A stretch of 63,922 nt of DNA, the filler included, from Lenisia limosa (taxonomy: Eukaryota > Protista > Breviatea): assembly GCA_001655205.1 (NCBI GenBank). It is 16 parts of 16 records of this genome, joined end to end, with 100 filler letters (N's around TTAATTAATTAA, not from the genome) between each part and the next. Parts side by side here need not be neighbours in the genome. Positions count along the whole stretch, not along the records: positions 11,883 to 14,770 come from LPNZ01009252.1; positions 14,871 to 16,299 come from LPNZ01009714.1; positions 16,400 to 18,175 come from LPNZ01006185.1; positions 18,276 to 19,583 come from LPNZ01003408.1; positions 19,684 to 21,007 come from LPNZ01007111.1; positions 21,108 to 25,252 come from LPNZ01010966.1; 10 more parts are not named here. One strand, 5' to 3'. Of this stretch, positions 12,698 through 24,100 are shown one piece after another. The notes beneath the pieces were generated by a model. That model was not told the origin of the DNA, made no database searches, and saw only the letters and a list, made by a program, of their open reading frames with translations. A program made the translations under genes and the position numbers. Numbering within the stretch: position 1 is the first letter of the stretch; each line of letters opens with the position of its first letter.

Positions 12698-13279
12698 TCT
12701 ATAAGCGTGATATCGACGGCTTAGGCCAGACACAACAAATTGTGTGTAGACAACATATTTAATGATGATTCAACATATTTTTATTTATCATCTCTACTCC
12801 GTCGGCTCACCGTTTAGGCTGAGGGGCTATCAGGGCTTGTTGCTGCAACTAGAAGCAGTGAGGGGTGGTTATGTGATGGTGATGGTGGTTGTATGGTGGT
12901 AGATGTTGATGGTGCTGATTCTTATTATTGTTGCTCAAGACTTATCACGGTCATAATCAAATATTATCTCTTATACGCGTGATGGTGTAGAAGTTGGACC
13001 AGATACAACCTTGTTTTATTTCTCATCTCGACCAAGGTTGAAGCCCCCAAATTTACGCTTCAGCTGTTCTCACCGAGGAAATGAAGAATTACCCCGATCT
13101 GAAAGGAGCAATCATCTCATATGTCGAGTATGCTGCTATGTACATATTTTTGGGAGCCAAAGAAAAAACTAAATAATAAAAAGTCTTGGGATAGATAATA
13201 ATACATGGAGATGTCATATAAAACATCTTTGCTGATACACCAGCGGCACCACAATTGGGTGACCAGTGTTTTCTATCTT

Positions 13280-13377
13280 TAGGGCTTCACTTCGGTTCGA
13301 AGAATACCGTCGTATTGTTAGTTTTCGAGGATTTGTCAAAAAAAAACAGTCTTTTTTTGAACCAAAGTGAAGCCCTA
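13280..13377. mobile_element. MITE family A
   Basis: TAgggcttcacttcggttcgaa...ttgaaccaaagtgaagcccTA with intact TA on both sides. Confidence 0.88.
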
Positions 13378-13959
13378 GTTATATTCAATATCTCTAATAT
13401 GCGTGATGGTGTGTATTATTTATCATTTCGTTATAGTGTGCAGCAAATAGAACTTGTTGACATTGATATTGGCAAATACAAATATATCATAAATACACAA
13501 TGGTATTCTCCTCTCATGATACGTTTTTTTTAACAAGAGTAATGTATACATTAAATCTAGGGAAATTAATAAATACATCGGGATACAATAAACAAATTAT
13601 CATTCTCTCGCTTTTTGAATGACTGATTAGGAACACTGAAGAAAACAAGGAGGTTGCCCAGAGGCTTATCGCTCTTTTGGACTAGGATTTTATTTCTCTT
13701 TTGGACCAGGGTTTTTATTGCTGGTTGAGTGATTCGCCATAGGTTTTTCATTGGTTTTGAGGTTGTGATTGTATTTTTTTGTACACTACAGGGAGTGAGG
13801 GTTTCAATTACTTGGCGTTTTTCAGTGACTTTCTCATCCAATATCTCTTATAAGCGTGANNNNNNNNNNNNNNNNNNNNNNNNNNNNNNNNNNNNNNNNN
13901 NNNNNNNNNNNNGACGATTGATAAAGCTAGATATCTCAGAACTGATAGACCACAAGGGG

Positions 13960-14061
13960 TAAGATGTCCTCCAAATGACAAATGTCCTCAATATGTCTGG
14001 CAGTTTTAGTATGTTGTATGCAAGACATGTTGAAGACATTTGTCATTTGGAGGACATATTA
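13960..14061. repeat. Inverted-repeat element (MITE-like, single copy in window)
   Basis: Perfect 23-bp arms atgtcctccaaatgacaaatgtc (13964) / gacatttgtcatttggaggacat (ends 14057). Confidence 0.75.
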
Positions 14062-15014
14062 CATCATTACCAAAACAGCTAACTGCAAAACTTACAAAAC
14101 CATCACCATAAAGTACAAACTAATCACCACCTCCGTAACCCCACATTGATATTTATTATAACTCAAACCACCAAAATAACAGTTCAAAATCCTCAGCAAA
14201 TATGGGAGAAGGGTAAGAGAAGGGTAGAAGAACAAGAAAAGAAGAAGCTTAAAACTTAAGAAAAGAATGTTTTTCTCGGTAATCTTCATTGCGAGCCTCC
14301 TTCTCTCCCTCGGCTGCTCCCAAGTGTAAGCAAAGTTGGATATATTGAGGGAGAGAGGGCTATTGTTCGTAATATCCAAATCAATTTTGCCTTCGGAAGG
14401 AAGGTTTACATGATCCTGTTTTGAACATTATAACTGCAGCAAATAATCGTTTTCTGCGTGCTAACTAATTGTTTTTATGAAAAGATTGTGAATAAAAAAA
14501 TTGGTTTACTATTTCGGATATGAAGATTGGTGGAAGCGATGGAGGTGGCTTAAATTCTGTTTGCGTTTATAACAGATAACAAAGAGTCCTAGTCTTTACT
14601 TATTATTATAAATCGTATTCGCACTAATTATTAATGATAGTCTGCATTTATGGACTCCAAGATATGCTTTATTTCCTGAAATTTTTGTTCTCAAAAGATG
14701 CATCCCCCCCAAACTTAACACCGATTTTAATGAACGCTAGAACGGTTCTGCCCTCTGGAGGTGCCTCTTTNNNNNNNNNNNNNNNNNNNNNNNNNNNNNN
14801 NNNNNNNNNNNNNNTTAATTAATTAANNNNNNNNNNNNNNNNNNNNNNNNNNNNNNNNNNNNNNNNNNNNTCACAGAGAGCACCGCTGCTGTTATCTTGA
14901 ATGTTAGAGGGCTATCTTTGGAATGAGGATTTTTTAGTTTGGTATTATTATTAAATAAACCCTTCTATTTTGAGTTTATCTTCCAATTTTGGCAAGTTTC
15001 ATTAATACATTCAG

Positions 15015-16299
15015 GTGAAAAGGAACCAGATATCAAAGTATAAAACTGGAGCTATTAGAAGGAAGTCTGGTAAACCCACCTACCTCCACCCAGACATTCA
15101 ACCTTTGTTTCTAAAATATGTTCTGGAAAGGATTTTGCGTGGTGATAACCCTACAAAAGCTGAGCTGAGAGAGATGGTAAGCTTTCCAATTTCCATAACA
15201 CATTTCCTTTTAAAATGATCTATTCACATACTAGGCATTCAATACAGTCAAAGAATTTGCTGAAGTTGTTCCTAAGGCACCACCCAGCAAGGACTGGGCA
15301 AAACGTTGGATCCAGTCCCATAGCGACATCTTGAAAGTTGTGGTTGGTTGGGGGAAAAGGAACGTTTGAATTTTAAGTTGTTTTATTTACAAAGTACACA
15401 AAAATAGACTCCCAATACCCTTGACGCTGCCCGTGATAAGGCCTTGACTGAGGGAAGGCTCATGCAGCACGCCGCCGCGTTCGGGGCTGTTGTCGAGGAG
15501 CACCAATTCCATCCAGGCATGGTCTGGAACATGGATGAGTCCATGGTTGACGTCTCTGCCAATGTTAAGACCAAGGTCATCCAGCTGAAGGAGGCTAAGA
15601 AGACCTACGGCAAGACCCCCACTCCCCCAAGCCACATCACCTTCATTGGAACAATTGCGTTAGTGGGATCAAATAGCTGGAGTACAATCTAATTTTTGAC
15701 TCTAACCATTTTAGAACCGGCCCTCTTCAAGTCCCTCCCGTCTTCCTTGTTAATCAAAAGACTATCAAGGAGGAGGACAGCATCCTACAAGACCNNNNNN
15801 NNNNNNNNNNNNNNNNNNNNNNNNNNNNNNNNNNNNNNNNNNNNNNNNNNNNNNNNNNNNNNNNNNNNNNNNNNNNNNNNNNNNNNNNNNNNNNNNNNNN
15901 NNNNNNNNNNNNNNNNNNNNNNNNNNNNNNNNNNNNNNNNNNNNNNNNNNNNNNNNNNNNNNNNNNNNNNNNNNNNNNNNNNNNNNNNNNNNNNNNNNNN
16001 NNNNNNNNNNNNNNNNNNNNNNNNNNNNNNNNNNNNNNNNNNNNNNNNNNNNNNNNNNNNNNNNNNNNNNNNNNNNNNNNNNNTGGCCTCCCTGCTGACG
16101 CTCCTGCTCTGCTTCTCCTGGATGGACACCTCTCTCGATATGCCCCTTACCTCCTTGAGTACTTACGTCTTCATCACATTTTTGTTTACCTCCTCCCCTC
16201 CCACACCTCCCAAGCCACCCAACCCCTTGACCTCCGCACTTTTGGTGTTCTCAAGACCATCCTCCACTCCTCCCTCCGCACCAACCTTGTCAAGAAGGC
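15015..16299 (+). mobile_element. pogo/Fot1-like DDE_1 transposase (DD35D) gene with spliceosomal introns, partial
   Basis: Spliced product has an HTH region (GKPTYLHP..., KDWAKRWIQSH), then VWNMDES, HITFIGTIA-TG..VPPVF, and LLLLDGHLSR...LLPSHTSQATQPLD with 35 residues between the 2nd and 3rd Asp. GT-AG introns lie at 15177-15234, 15343-15407 and 15659-15714. Confidence 0.9.
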
Positions 16300-16561
16300 N
16301 NNNNNNNNNNNNNNNNNNNNNNNNNNNNNNNNNNNNNNNNNNNTTAATTAATTAANNNNNNNNNNNNNNNNNNNNNNNNNNNNNNNNNNNNNNNNNNNNT
16401 TACTACCTGGGGAGATATTCTCATATTCTGATACACACACCACTACTCATCTAATTATGAATTATGGCCAATAAACTTGATACATCTGGTGTATGTCTGC
16501 CCATAACTACTTCAAGGAAACATGAAGGAGGGTTTCATGTCTGTTTTAGTTCACCCTTCAG

Positions 16562-18165
16562 ACGACAGTCGAGAAGAAGACCCCCCGTCGGCGCAGTGCT
16601 ATCACCCCCTCAACAGCCATTGAGGTTGAGGAGGATCCGGTGCCGGCTGTCACCCCCAGGGTTGGTGGCGATGATGTCACTTTTTATTGGTACATAACAT
16701 CGAACAATATCAAAACAACAGCATGTAAATTGCAATATATATCATATTATTATTGTAACCCCTGCGGCTCTTATTTTACTGTTAAAGTAACTGGGCGAAA
16801 GGAAATGAGATTATTTTGGAGAAAGGGTACCAAACCACTTTGGAAGATTTTTTCGGAGGCATGATTGTATCTACTAAACACTTCGCCGTACCCATAGTCT
16901 GTTCCTGACCCTCTCAGCGCGGACGAAGAGCCTCATCGCCTGCAATGCGTGCGGAAACCATTGAAATCAGCCCCCCTGGTAGGCTGCATTTCGGAAAAGG
17001 GAGGGGGGGTGATAAAGCCAGATCTCAGAATAATATCGACGATTCACTCCCCCCCCCCCCCNNNNNNNNNNNNNNNNNNNNNNNNNNNNNNNNNNNNNNN
17101 NNNNNNNNNNNNNNNNNNNNNNNNNNNNNNNNNNNNNNNNNNNNNNNNNNNNNNNNNNNNNNNNNNCTGCCACACGCAAAACGCGTGCCAGCACGCCAAC
17201 TGCCACGAAGAAGGCGCCAAGCCCACGCACTGCTGCTGCCAAGGCTCGGGCTGAGAAGGTGGGAATATCCCTTTCTCAGTCGATGCTTGTTACATATATT
17301 GAGTTGATATAATATAAATATGCATCTCATCTCTTCCCATTACCACCTCCTCTCTGCAGGCTGCTGCTGAAGACGAGATGCCAGAACTCCCTCCTCGTCC
17401 GAGTGCGGCTGCGGCACGACTCAAGACCGTCAAGAAGACCGAGAGCCCCGCCAAGCCTGCACGAAGGTAGTCGGGAGTGCAGTGGAGGTTGTTGACAATG
17501 ACGGTTTCACTTTCCGTTGGTTTTTAACTTGAATAGCACGAGGCCGCCCCCCTCAAAGCCCACTGGACGCAAACTCACCATGGTAGGGGGGGGGGGGGGC
17601 TTTNNNNNNNNNNNNNNNNNNNNNNNNNNNNNNNNNNNNNNNNNNNNNNNNNNNNNNNNNNNNNNNNNNNNNNNCTTCTTTGGACTGCAGTGAAATTCAA
17701 GTTATCAGTGATGACGTCATTAACACTCCTCCCTTGTAGCCCAAAGTGCTCCCAGCCAGCATTACTGAAAAGGCTCCGACAACGAATGACGGTACTTCAG
17801 CACCCCCAGGTATCCGGGGCTCCCTGTCAACTTGTGTGATGCCTTCTTTCCTTTTTAATCTGATGTGATTGATTTCATCGATACTCTCAAGAATTATTTT
17901 ACAGACCAGCATAAGGCAAATAATTTGCATTTCATTCAATGTTAAATGCCGTAGTTCCCGTAATATTGTTGTTTACATCGTACGTAATACCCCGCATATA
18001 GAGAATGAGAAATACAACAAGGTTGTATCTGGGCCAAAGCCGTCCACACCATCACGCTTATTAAACATCTCGTTCACATCCTAATACCCATTATATTATT
18101 CAGTGCCGCCCCGCGTAGGCCGCCCCAAGGCTGCTTCCATTGGCTCAGCTGCTTCCACCCCCCAG
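16562..18165 (+). CDS. Multi-exon gene fragment, Pro/Ala/Lys/Thr-rich low-complexity protein
   Basis: Short GC-rich exons between AG and GT (e.g. AAAEDEMPELPPRPSAAAARLKTVKK; VPPRVGRPKAASIGSAASTPQ); no family recognised. Confidence 0.5.
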
Positions 18166-18455
18166 GTACGGGGTTNNNNNNNNNNNNNNNNNNNNNNNNN
18201 NNNNNNNNNNNNNNNNNNNTTAATTAATTAANNNNNNNNNNNNNNNNNNNNNNNNNNNNNNNNNNNNNNNNNNNNCATATAGTATAACATCATATCTGAT
18301 ATGTATTTATTTTATGATATGACCATCATATCCCTCACAGGTAACTTTATCCTTCGCCAAAGCCATTATATATAGACCCACCATCATTATGTAGAGCAAT
18401 GAGAAGAAAAAAAAAGGAAAAAGATTGAATCTGGTCGAAGCCGTTAGACAAAGAC

Positions 18456-18545
18456 CTCTCACCCCACTATCAGGGTTGAGCATCTCTCACCCCCCACTAT
18501 CAGGGTTGAGCATCTCTCACCCCCCACTATCAGGGTTGAGCATCC
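18456..18545. repeat. Tandem repeat, ~30-bp unit x3
   Basis: ctctcaccc(cc)cactatcagggttgagcat repeated three times. Confidence 0.9.
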
Positions 18546-18701
18546 CTGCGTTTCGAAGAGCCTCGAGGTCCAGGGACTCAATTCTGCCTCGATCGTCAAA
18601 TTGCATGACTTCTCCCTAAGTGGGGGTGAGAACGTAAATGTGTTTTTGAAACAAAACAAAGGATATACGCAACCTTGTTTTTTATTTCTCATTTCTATAC
18701 T

Positions 18702-18881
18702 TAGGGCTTCCCACGGTTCCAAAAAAGACTGAGTATCTCGATTAATACTCGATAAATGACGATGTTTTACCGCAGGGAAGCCCTTGCTATACTTAGCTAC
18801 CAAGCCGCACTGACCCCCAGATAGTTATTTATTGAGGATTTATCGAGAAACTCAGTCGTTTTTGGGACCGTAGGGAAGCCC
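18702..18881. mobile_element. MITE family A subfamily B: one internally deleted copy plus an adjacent half copy
   Basis: TAgggcttcccacggttcc...cgcagggaagccct (18702-18785) and ...ttttgggaccgtagggaagccc (to 18881). Confidence 0.75.
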
Positions 18882-19207
18882 AAGTTATATATTATTACCC
18901 CCCCCCCCCCNNNNNNNNNNNNNNNNNNNNNNNNNNNNNNNNNNNNNNNNNNNNNNNNNNNNNNNNNNNNNNNNNNNNNNCGCCTTCGTCGTAGTCTTCG
19001 TCAATGAACGCGTCACTGTTATTCGAGTAGTCAGAGTCGTCAGCTGGAGGAGGTGAGTGTATGACAAATTTAATAACGATGGACGGCTGATAACACAAGA
19101 GGGTTGAGAACAACAAAACAAACAAAGTCTAGGTCAGTCGCTGCTGCAGCACCGAATCCCATCACTCCAGCGTACAGGTAAATGAGTGTTTAGACAACAA
19201 CGTGGTT

Positions 19208-19583
19208 TTATTCCACTGGTTATTGAGGTTTTGCAACTGATAACGGGTTGTTAGTTCAAAAACATTGATTTTGAAACATGTTTTGTGTCTTGTATGAAAG
19301 TTAAGAGATGGATTATTTTATTTCTCTGTTGAAACCTATCACTTCCTTTCTTCTTCGACTATGATAGTGTAAGGATATTGAGATCGGTATATTGAAAGCC
19401 AGGATTGCAGTGTCAGGAGGACAACCATGTTGGACGATTGTGTATAGGGTTAAAACCCATAACACCTACCCTTCATGGAGCCCTATTGTGTATTGATTGA
19501 AGAAACATATATAGAGCCTAGTTGATATTACAATTGTGCGATTATGTAATCTGTTGTTGCTATCATTGTTTACATCCCTCTTA
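19208..19583. repeat. Dispersed repeat family F (~400-550 bp), copy 1
   Basis: Near-identical to 21319-21805 and related to 35710-36257. Confidence 0.9.
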
Positions 19584-19689
19584 NNNNNNNNNNNNNNNNN
19601 NNNNNNNNNNNNNNNNNNNNNNNNNNNTTAATTAATTAANNNNNNNNNNNNNNNNNNNNNNNNNNNNNNNNNNNNNNNNNNNNCCCCCC

Positions 19690-20830
19690 CCCCCCCCACT
19701 ATCATCAGGAGTAACAAGGGCCAGCACTCCGACAGAAGCGACACGTTCATTGCCTGATTCACGAGGAATGTGAACCACAAACTCGGGAGCAGGGCTCAAG
19801 GCGACTCCGGTGTAGATCTGAGGGTGGGGAGTGAAAAGAACAGGTTCTTAGATTGATAAATATGCGAAGGACGTGGGGGGATATTGTGTGAGTGCGTCTG
19901 TGGAGGGGGGGATTACTTGTGAACACAAATTAAAATCTGATTTTGAACCTAATATTGTGGTATATTAGAAAACACTTTCGAATTCTATCAATTAAATTCG
20001 ATATAGAATCCTCCAATAGTGCCACTCGACAGCAAGGGCTTCCCAACGGTACCAAAAAAACTCGATGAATATTGATATTTTTTCCTATCTTTGTAGGGAA
20101 GCCCCAAATCCTATCACACCAATCATATGGTTTGCTGAGGAAAAAAAAATATCAACAATATTAGAGTAATAATACAATATTAAGAACCTACAGGTATACA
20201 GTGACCGGAATAAGTCTTGACCGATTTTCCATGGGAAGTCACGTAGCAAATCGGTCAAGACTTATCCCGGTCACAAAAATAAAACATGTATCTGTCCGAA
20301 GCCGGCTACACAATCACGCTTATAAACTCACTTCAGTTGGCAGTTCAGACGTCAAAGTGAGGGTAGCGGTGTGGGTCAGGTAAATGGGCGGAACGTCTAT
20401 GGAAAAGTCCGCTGCTAGAACAACCTAAAACCTTAGTGGCCTCTTTTGGGACAAGGATTGTTATTGAATATTTGGCCTTTGGATTTGAAGCTTGCTTACA
20501 AATAGGTCTTCACTTCGGTTCGAAAAATACAAGTAAAATATCGATAGCCCCCCCCCCCCNNNNNNNNNNNNNNNNNNNNNNNNNNNNNNNNNNNNNNNNN
20601 NNNNNNNNNNNNNNNNNNNNNNNNNNNNNNNNNNNNNNNNNNNNNNNNNNNNNNNNNNNNNNNNNNNNNNNNNNNNNNNNNNNNNNNNNNCTCTCAACAC
20701 AAAGACGTCCACAGCCATATCAGCGGAAACGACAACGCAGTTGACAGTAGTGGATGAGACGTATTCGGCCTTACGCTCAACGCCATTTACTACACAATGC
20801 AAGGAATCGACATCGTGGACTTGGTTGACC
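19690..20830 (-). CDS. Possible exons of an unidentified beta-rich (IPT/TIG-like) protein
   Basis: CIVVNGVERKAEYVSSTTVNCVV resembles the IPT/TIG pattern C...A..vS.t.i.C; fragmentary. Confidence 0.25.
20197..20276. mobile_element. MITE family D (TA-CAGTGACCGGGATAAGTCTTGACCGAT TIR)
   Basis: tacagtgaccggaataagtcttgaccgatt...aaatcggtcaagacttatcccggtcac palindrome. Confidence 0.85.
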
Positions 20831-21108
20831 TGGGCGGGGGGTTGGTGAGAATTATGGTGGGGAGCACGGGAAAGATGAGCAGGAGCTTAGATTGGGAACA
20901 AGATTTCGTTGTTTCTCTATTACTGCGTGTTTCTCCAGTATTATATGCATGTAGCAATATGATATATTAGTTCGAAGATTAGTTAAGAAGGGTGTGTACC
21001 AGGTCCANNNNNNNNNNNNNNNNNNNNNNNNNNNNNNNNNNNNNNNNNNNNTTAATTAATTAANNNNNNNNNNNNNNNNNNNNNNNNNNNNNNNNNNNNN
21101 NNNNNNNG

Positions 21109-24100
21109 ACCGGTCTGAAGGTGAACACCATATGGGACAGCGACACGGTGGCGCGGTTCGCAGCGGTCGTCAGGTGTCTGTCCAGAAGCCAGGGTATGCT
21201 GCGGTCAGATCATGTAGAGTTGGTCGTCCGTTTTGTCATTGCCTCGGTGCTCTAGATAATCCTCATATCTATTCCAGTCAATTGATCTGATACTTTGTTT
21301 CCTTTGACAGATATCATTTTATTCCACTGGTTGTTTTGCAACTGATAACGTGTTGTTAGTTCAAAAACATTGATTTTGAAACATGTTGTGTCTTGTATGA
21401 AAGTTTAAGAGATGGATTATTTTATTTCTCCTGTTGAAACCTATCACTTCCTTTCTTCTTCGACTATGATAGTGTAAGGATATTGAGATCGGTATATTGA
21501 AAGCCAGGATTGCAGTGTCAGGAGGACAACCATGTTGGACGATTGTGTATAGGGTTAAAACCCATAACACCTACCCTTCATGGAGCCCTATTGTGTATTG
21601 ATTGAAGAAACATATATAGAGCCTAGTTTAGGAGAATAACCTGGGATGAGGAGGGTGGGCTCAAAAATATTTGAAATAGTCTCTTAACATATTTACGATA
21701 TTACAATTGTGCGATTATGTAATCTGTTGTTGCTATCATTGTTTACATCCCTCTTACCTGAAATAAAACTATCATTAAACACACTGCTGCATTTAAGACT
21801 ATTGTATTCTTCACTCCTCCCCCTCAGGCCACGCACTGCTCATGGGAGACGAGGGATGCGGACGGTCTGCACTGGTCCAACTAGCGTGCCAGGTTCTCGC
21901 TTTGGCCCACCATTCGTTCAGACTCCCACAGGTAGTGCCATACTGCAAGAGTCTAAGAAGACTGTAAAAATGAAGTCAAACGGCATAACATTTTAACCAT
22001 GCAGTCGTCCGGGGCTGATGACCTCATCGATTCCCTGAAGCCACAGCTCACGCGATGTGGCGTTGCCGCAAGAGGCAGTGTCCTGGTAGGTCTTCATTTC
22101 AGCATCCATGATCCTTATCCCCCCAGGTTCTGAGGGATTGCGACATCACAGAGACGTCCATCCCAGTGCTCCAGACCCTGGTCAAGGCCGGGCCCTCCAG
22201 AGCTTGGTGGACGAAGGAAGAACTTAAGGTAATCACATGTCTTCTTGCTTTTACAATTTATCATCGCAAATGATATTCATTAACAGGTTCACAATTTATC
22301 GTCCCAAATGATACTCATTAATAGGTTCGGTCGGAGGAGCTTCGGTCCCGACTAGCGGACCAGAGCGGAGAGACTCTTTCCGAATCTGCTGCCACTGAGG
22401 CCTTTTTGCAGAACACCCGGTAGGCACACGATTACGATCGGGTGAAGGACAGGCAATATTTCTTGACCGCCTCTTCAGCGATCATTTCCACGTTGTGCTG
22501 CTTATGGCCAAGGATGGCAACGAAATAACTAAACGGTGCGCTTTAGGGGTGGCATTGCTGTGGGCACCCTGGATTGTTGCTGATACTACTTCCAAGACCC
22601 GTTGAGATTGTGATGTGCGGACATGTGCTCTGAACCTTCCCTGTTCACCGGCTCAGGCTTGTTTTTGTTTTTGTTGTTGTTGTTGTGTTTTTGTCATCTG
22701 GTTTTGTCTAGTTTTAGCGTTGGTTGCTCGTGTTTGTTATTGCTTGTTTTTTGCTTGGAGTTTCAGTTCGGTTCGTGATTAGTACCTTAACGCCAATAAT
22801 CAAAATTTCCTTCGTCTTACTCACCACCCTCCCAGGTTGGCCCAAGCCCCGGCCGTACTATCGCGTTCGTACATCGCCGTCATGCAACAATGGCCTGAAG
22901 TGGGGCAAGGAGTAAGATGAAACAGGAGACCATAGGCCAATTTCATTTCAACATTGACGAGTTAGGCGTCCCTCCTGAAACTGTCGTTCAACACGCTGGA
23001 CCAACTTGACCTCAGAGGACCGCTTGCCTCTAAAGACCTCAGTGATATTGTGGCGGCAAGTCGCGGTGTTACTGAGATATCAAGCCATCAGCCTGTCGCA
23101 CCCACAACCAAAGTCTCTGAGCCTTCTGAAGGTGTGTCGGAAGCGGAAGCAAGTTCTTCCGAAGAGTCTGCGTATGCGGCCTCCATGGAGAAGTCCAACT
23201 CGCGTCTTCCTGCCGGCGATACGAGTGTCCCAAATATGGCTACTTTGAGCTCGTTTTCTCTAGGACATGGTGGGTGGTGTCTTCTCTTGAATCCTGTTGT
23301 GCCGTGTATGACAGTTCTGACGTGACTAGAAGGTGGCATCTGTCCGCATGAAGATGACAAGGATGGCCAGGGCTTTGTGGACCACAGAAGAGGCGCTATT
23401 ACCGTCGCCGTTGACGCACATCGTGATGCTGCTGGTTAGAGGGAGGCGTGAATGGGTCTATTTCTGGCTTTAGTGTGCGTTTCTGCAGTAACCCTTCAGC
23501 CTACGAAAAGGTCCTACAATCCAACCACAACCGAACAGCAACGCACACTCCGGCCACTTTGGTTGCTTCTCTCAAGGTTTGCCCCCTAAAATGCTGCAAT
23601 TAGGAACACCCACTTTGATTCTTATTGACTTTTTCAGCTTTATGGACACTTTATTGAGACTCGCAGACATCAAAACCAACAAAGGGTGAGGGGGCATCAA
23701 AACCAACAAAGGGTGAGGGGGAAGTGATGCTATGTAAGGTTGAAAAACGGACGTTCTCTATTGTACTCATTATCATGTTTACAACAGCAATCCATAATTT
23801 AATAATTTCAAGTGGTGTCAGTTCACTTTCTTGCTTTATTTGGTATATCGTCATATGTAATTGCCTTATTTGGTATGCAATTGCCTTATTTGGTATGCAG
23901 TTGTCTTATTTGGTATGTAGGCCGCACACCTTCGTTCGGGTCTCGAGAAACTTGCGAACACCGAAAGAGAGGTATGTCTTGCTGCTTATCCTTTTCCCTT
24001 TTGCTTAGCATTGTCTGACCCGCAGGTGGCAGCAATGGAGGCGGAGCTCAATGTCCTGCAGCCTCAGCTCCATGAGGCTATCGAGGAGAGCAGGAAACTG

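Noticed and set aside
13281-13305. GGTTCGA in family A resembling a tRNA T-loop / Pol III B-box
   Set aside because: No cloverleaf or A-box; the motif is part of a terminal inverted repeat mirrored at the other end.
15696-16355. Many listed ORFs that span N-runs or end at the TTAATTAATTAA linker
   Set aside because: Their length is an artefact of undetermined bases; they were used only where the non-N part had independent motif support.
21828-23270. Apparent LRR/BRCT protein fused to a motor-less dynein stalk
   Set aside because: Re-reading the exons showed they are a divergent dynein AAA4 (GHALLMG..G.GRS, HFHVVLLM, WPE) splicing in frame into the stalk, so this is an ordinary dynein domain order.
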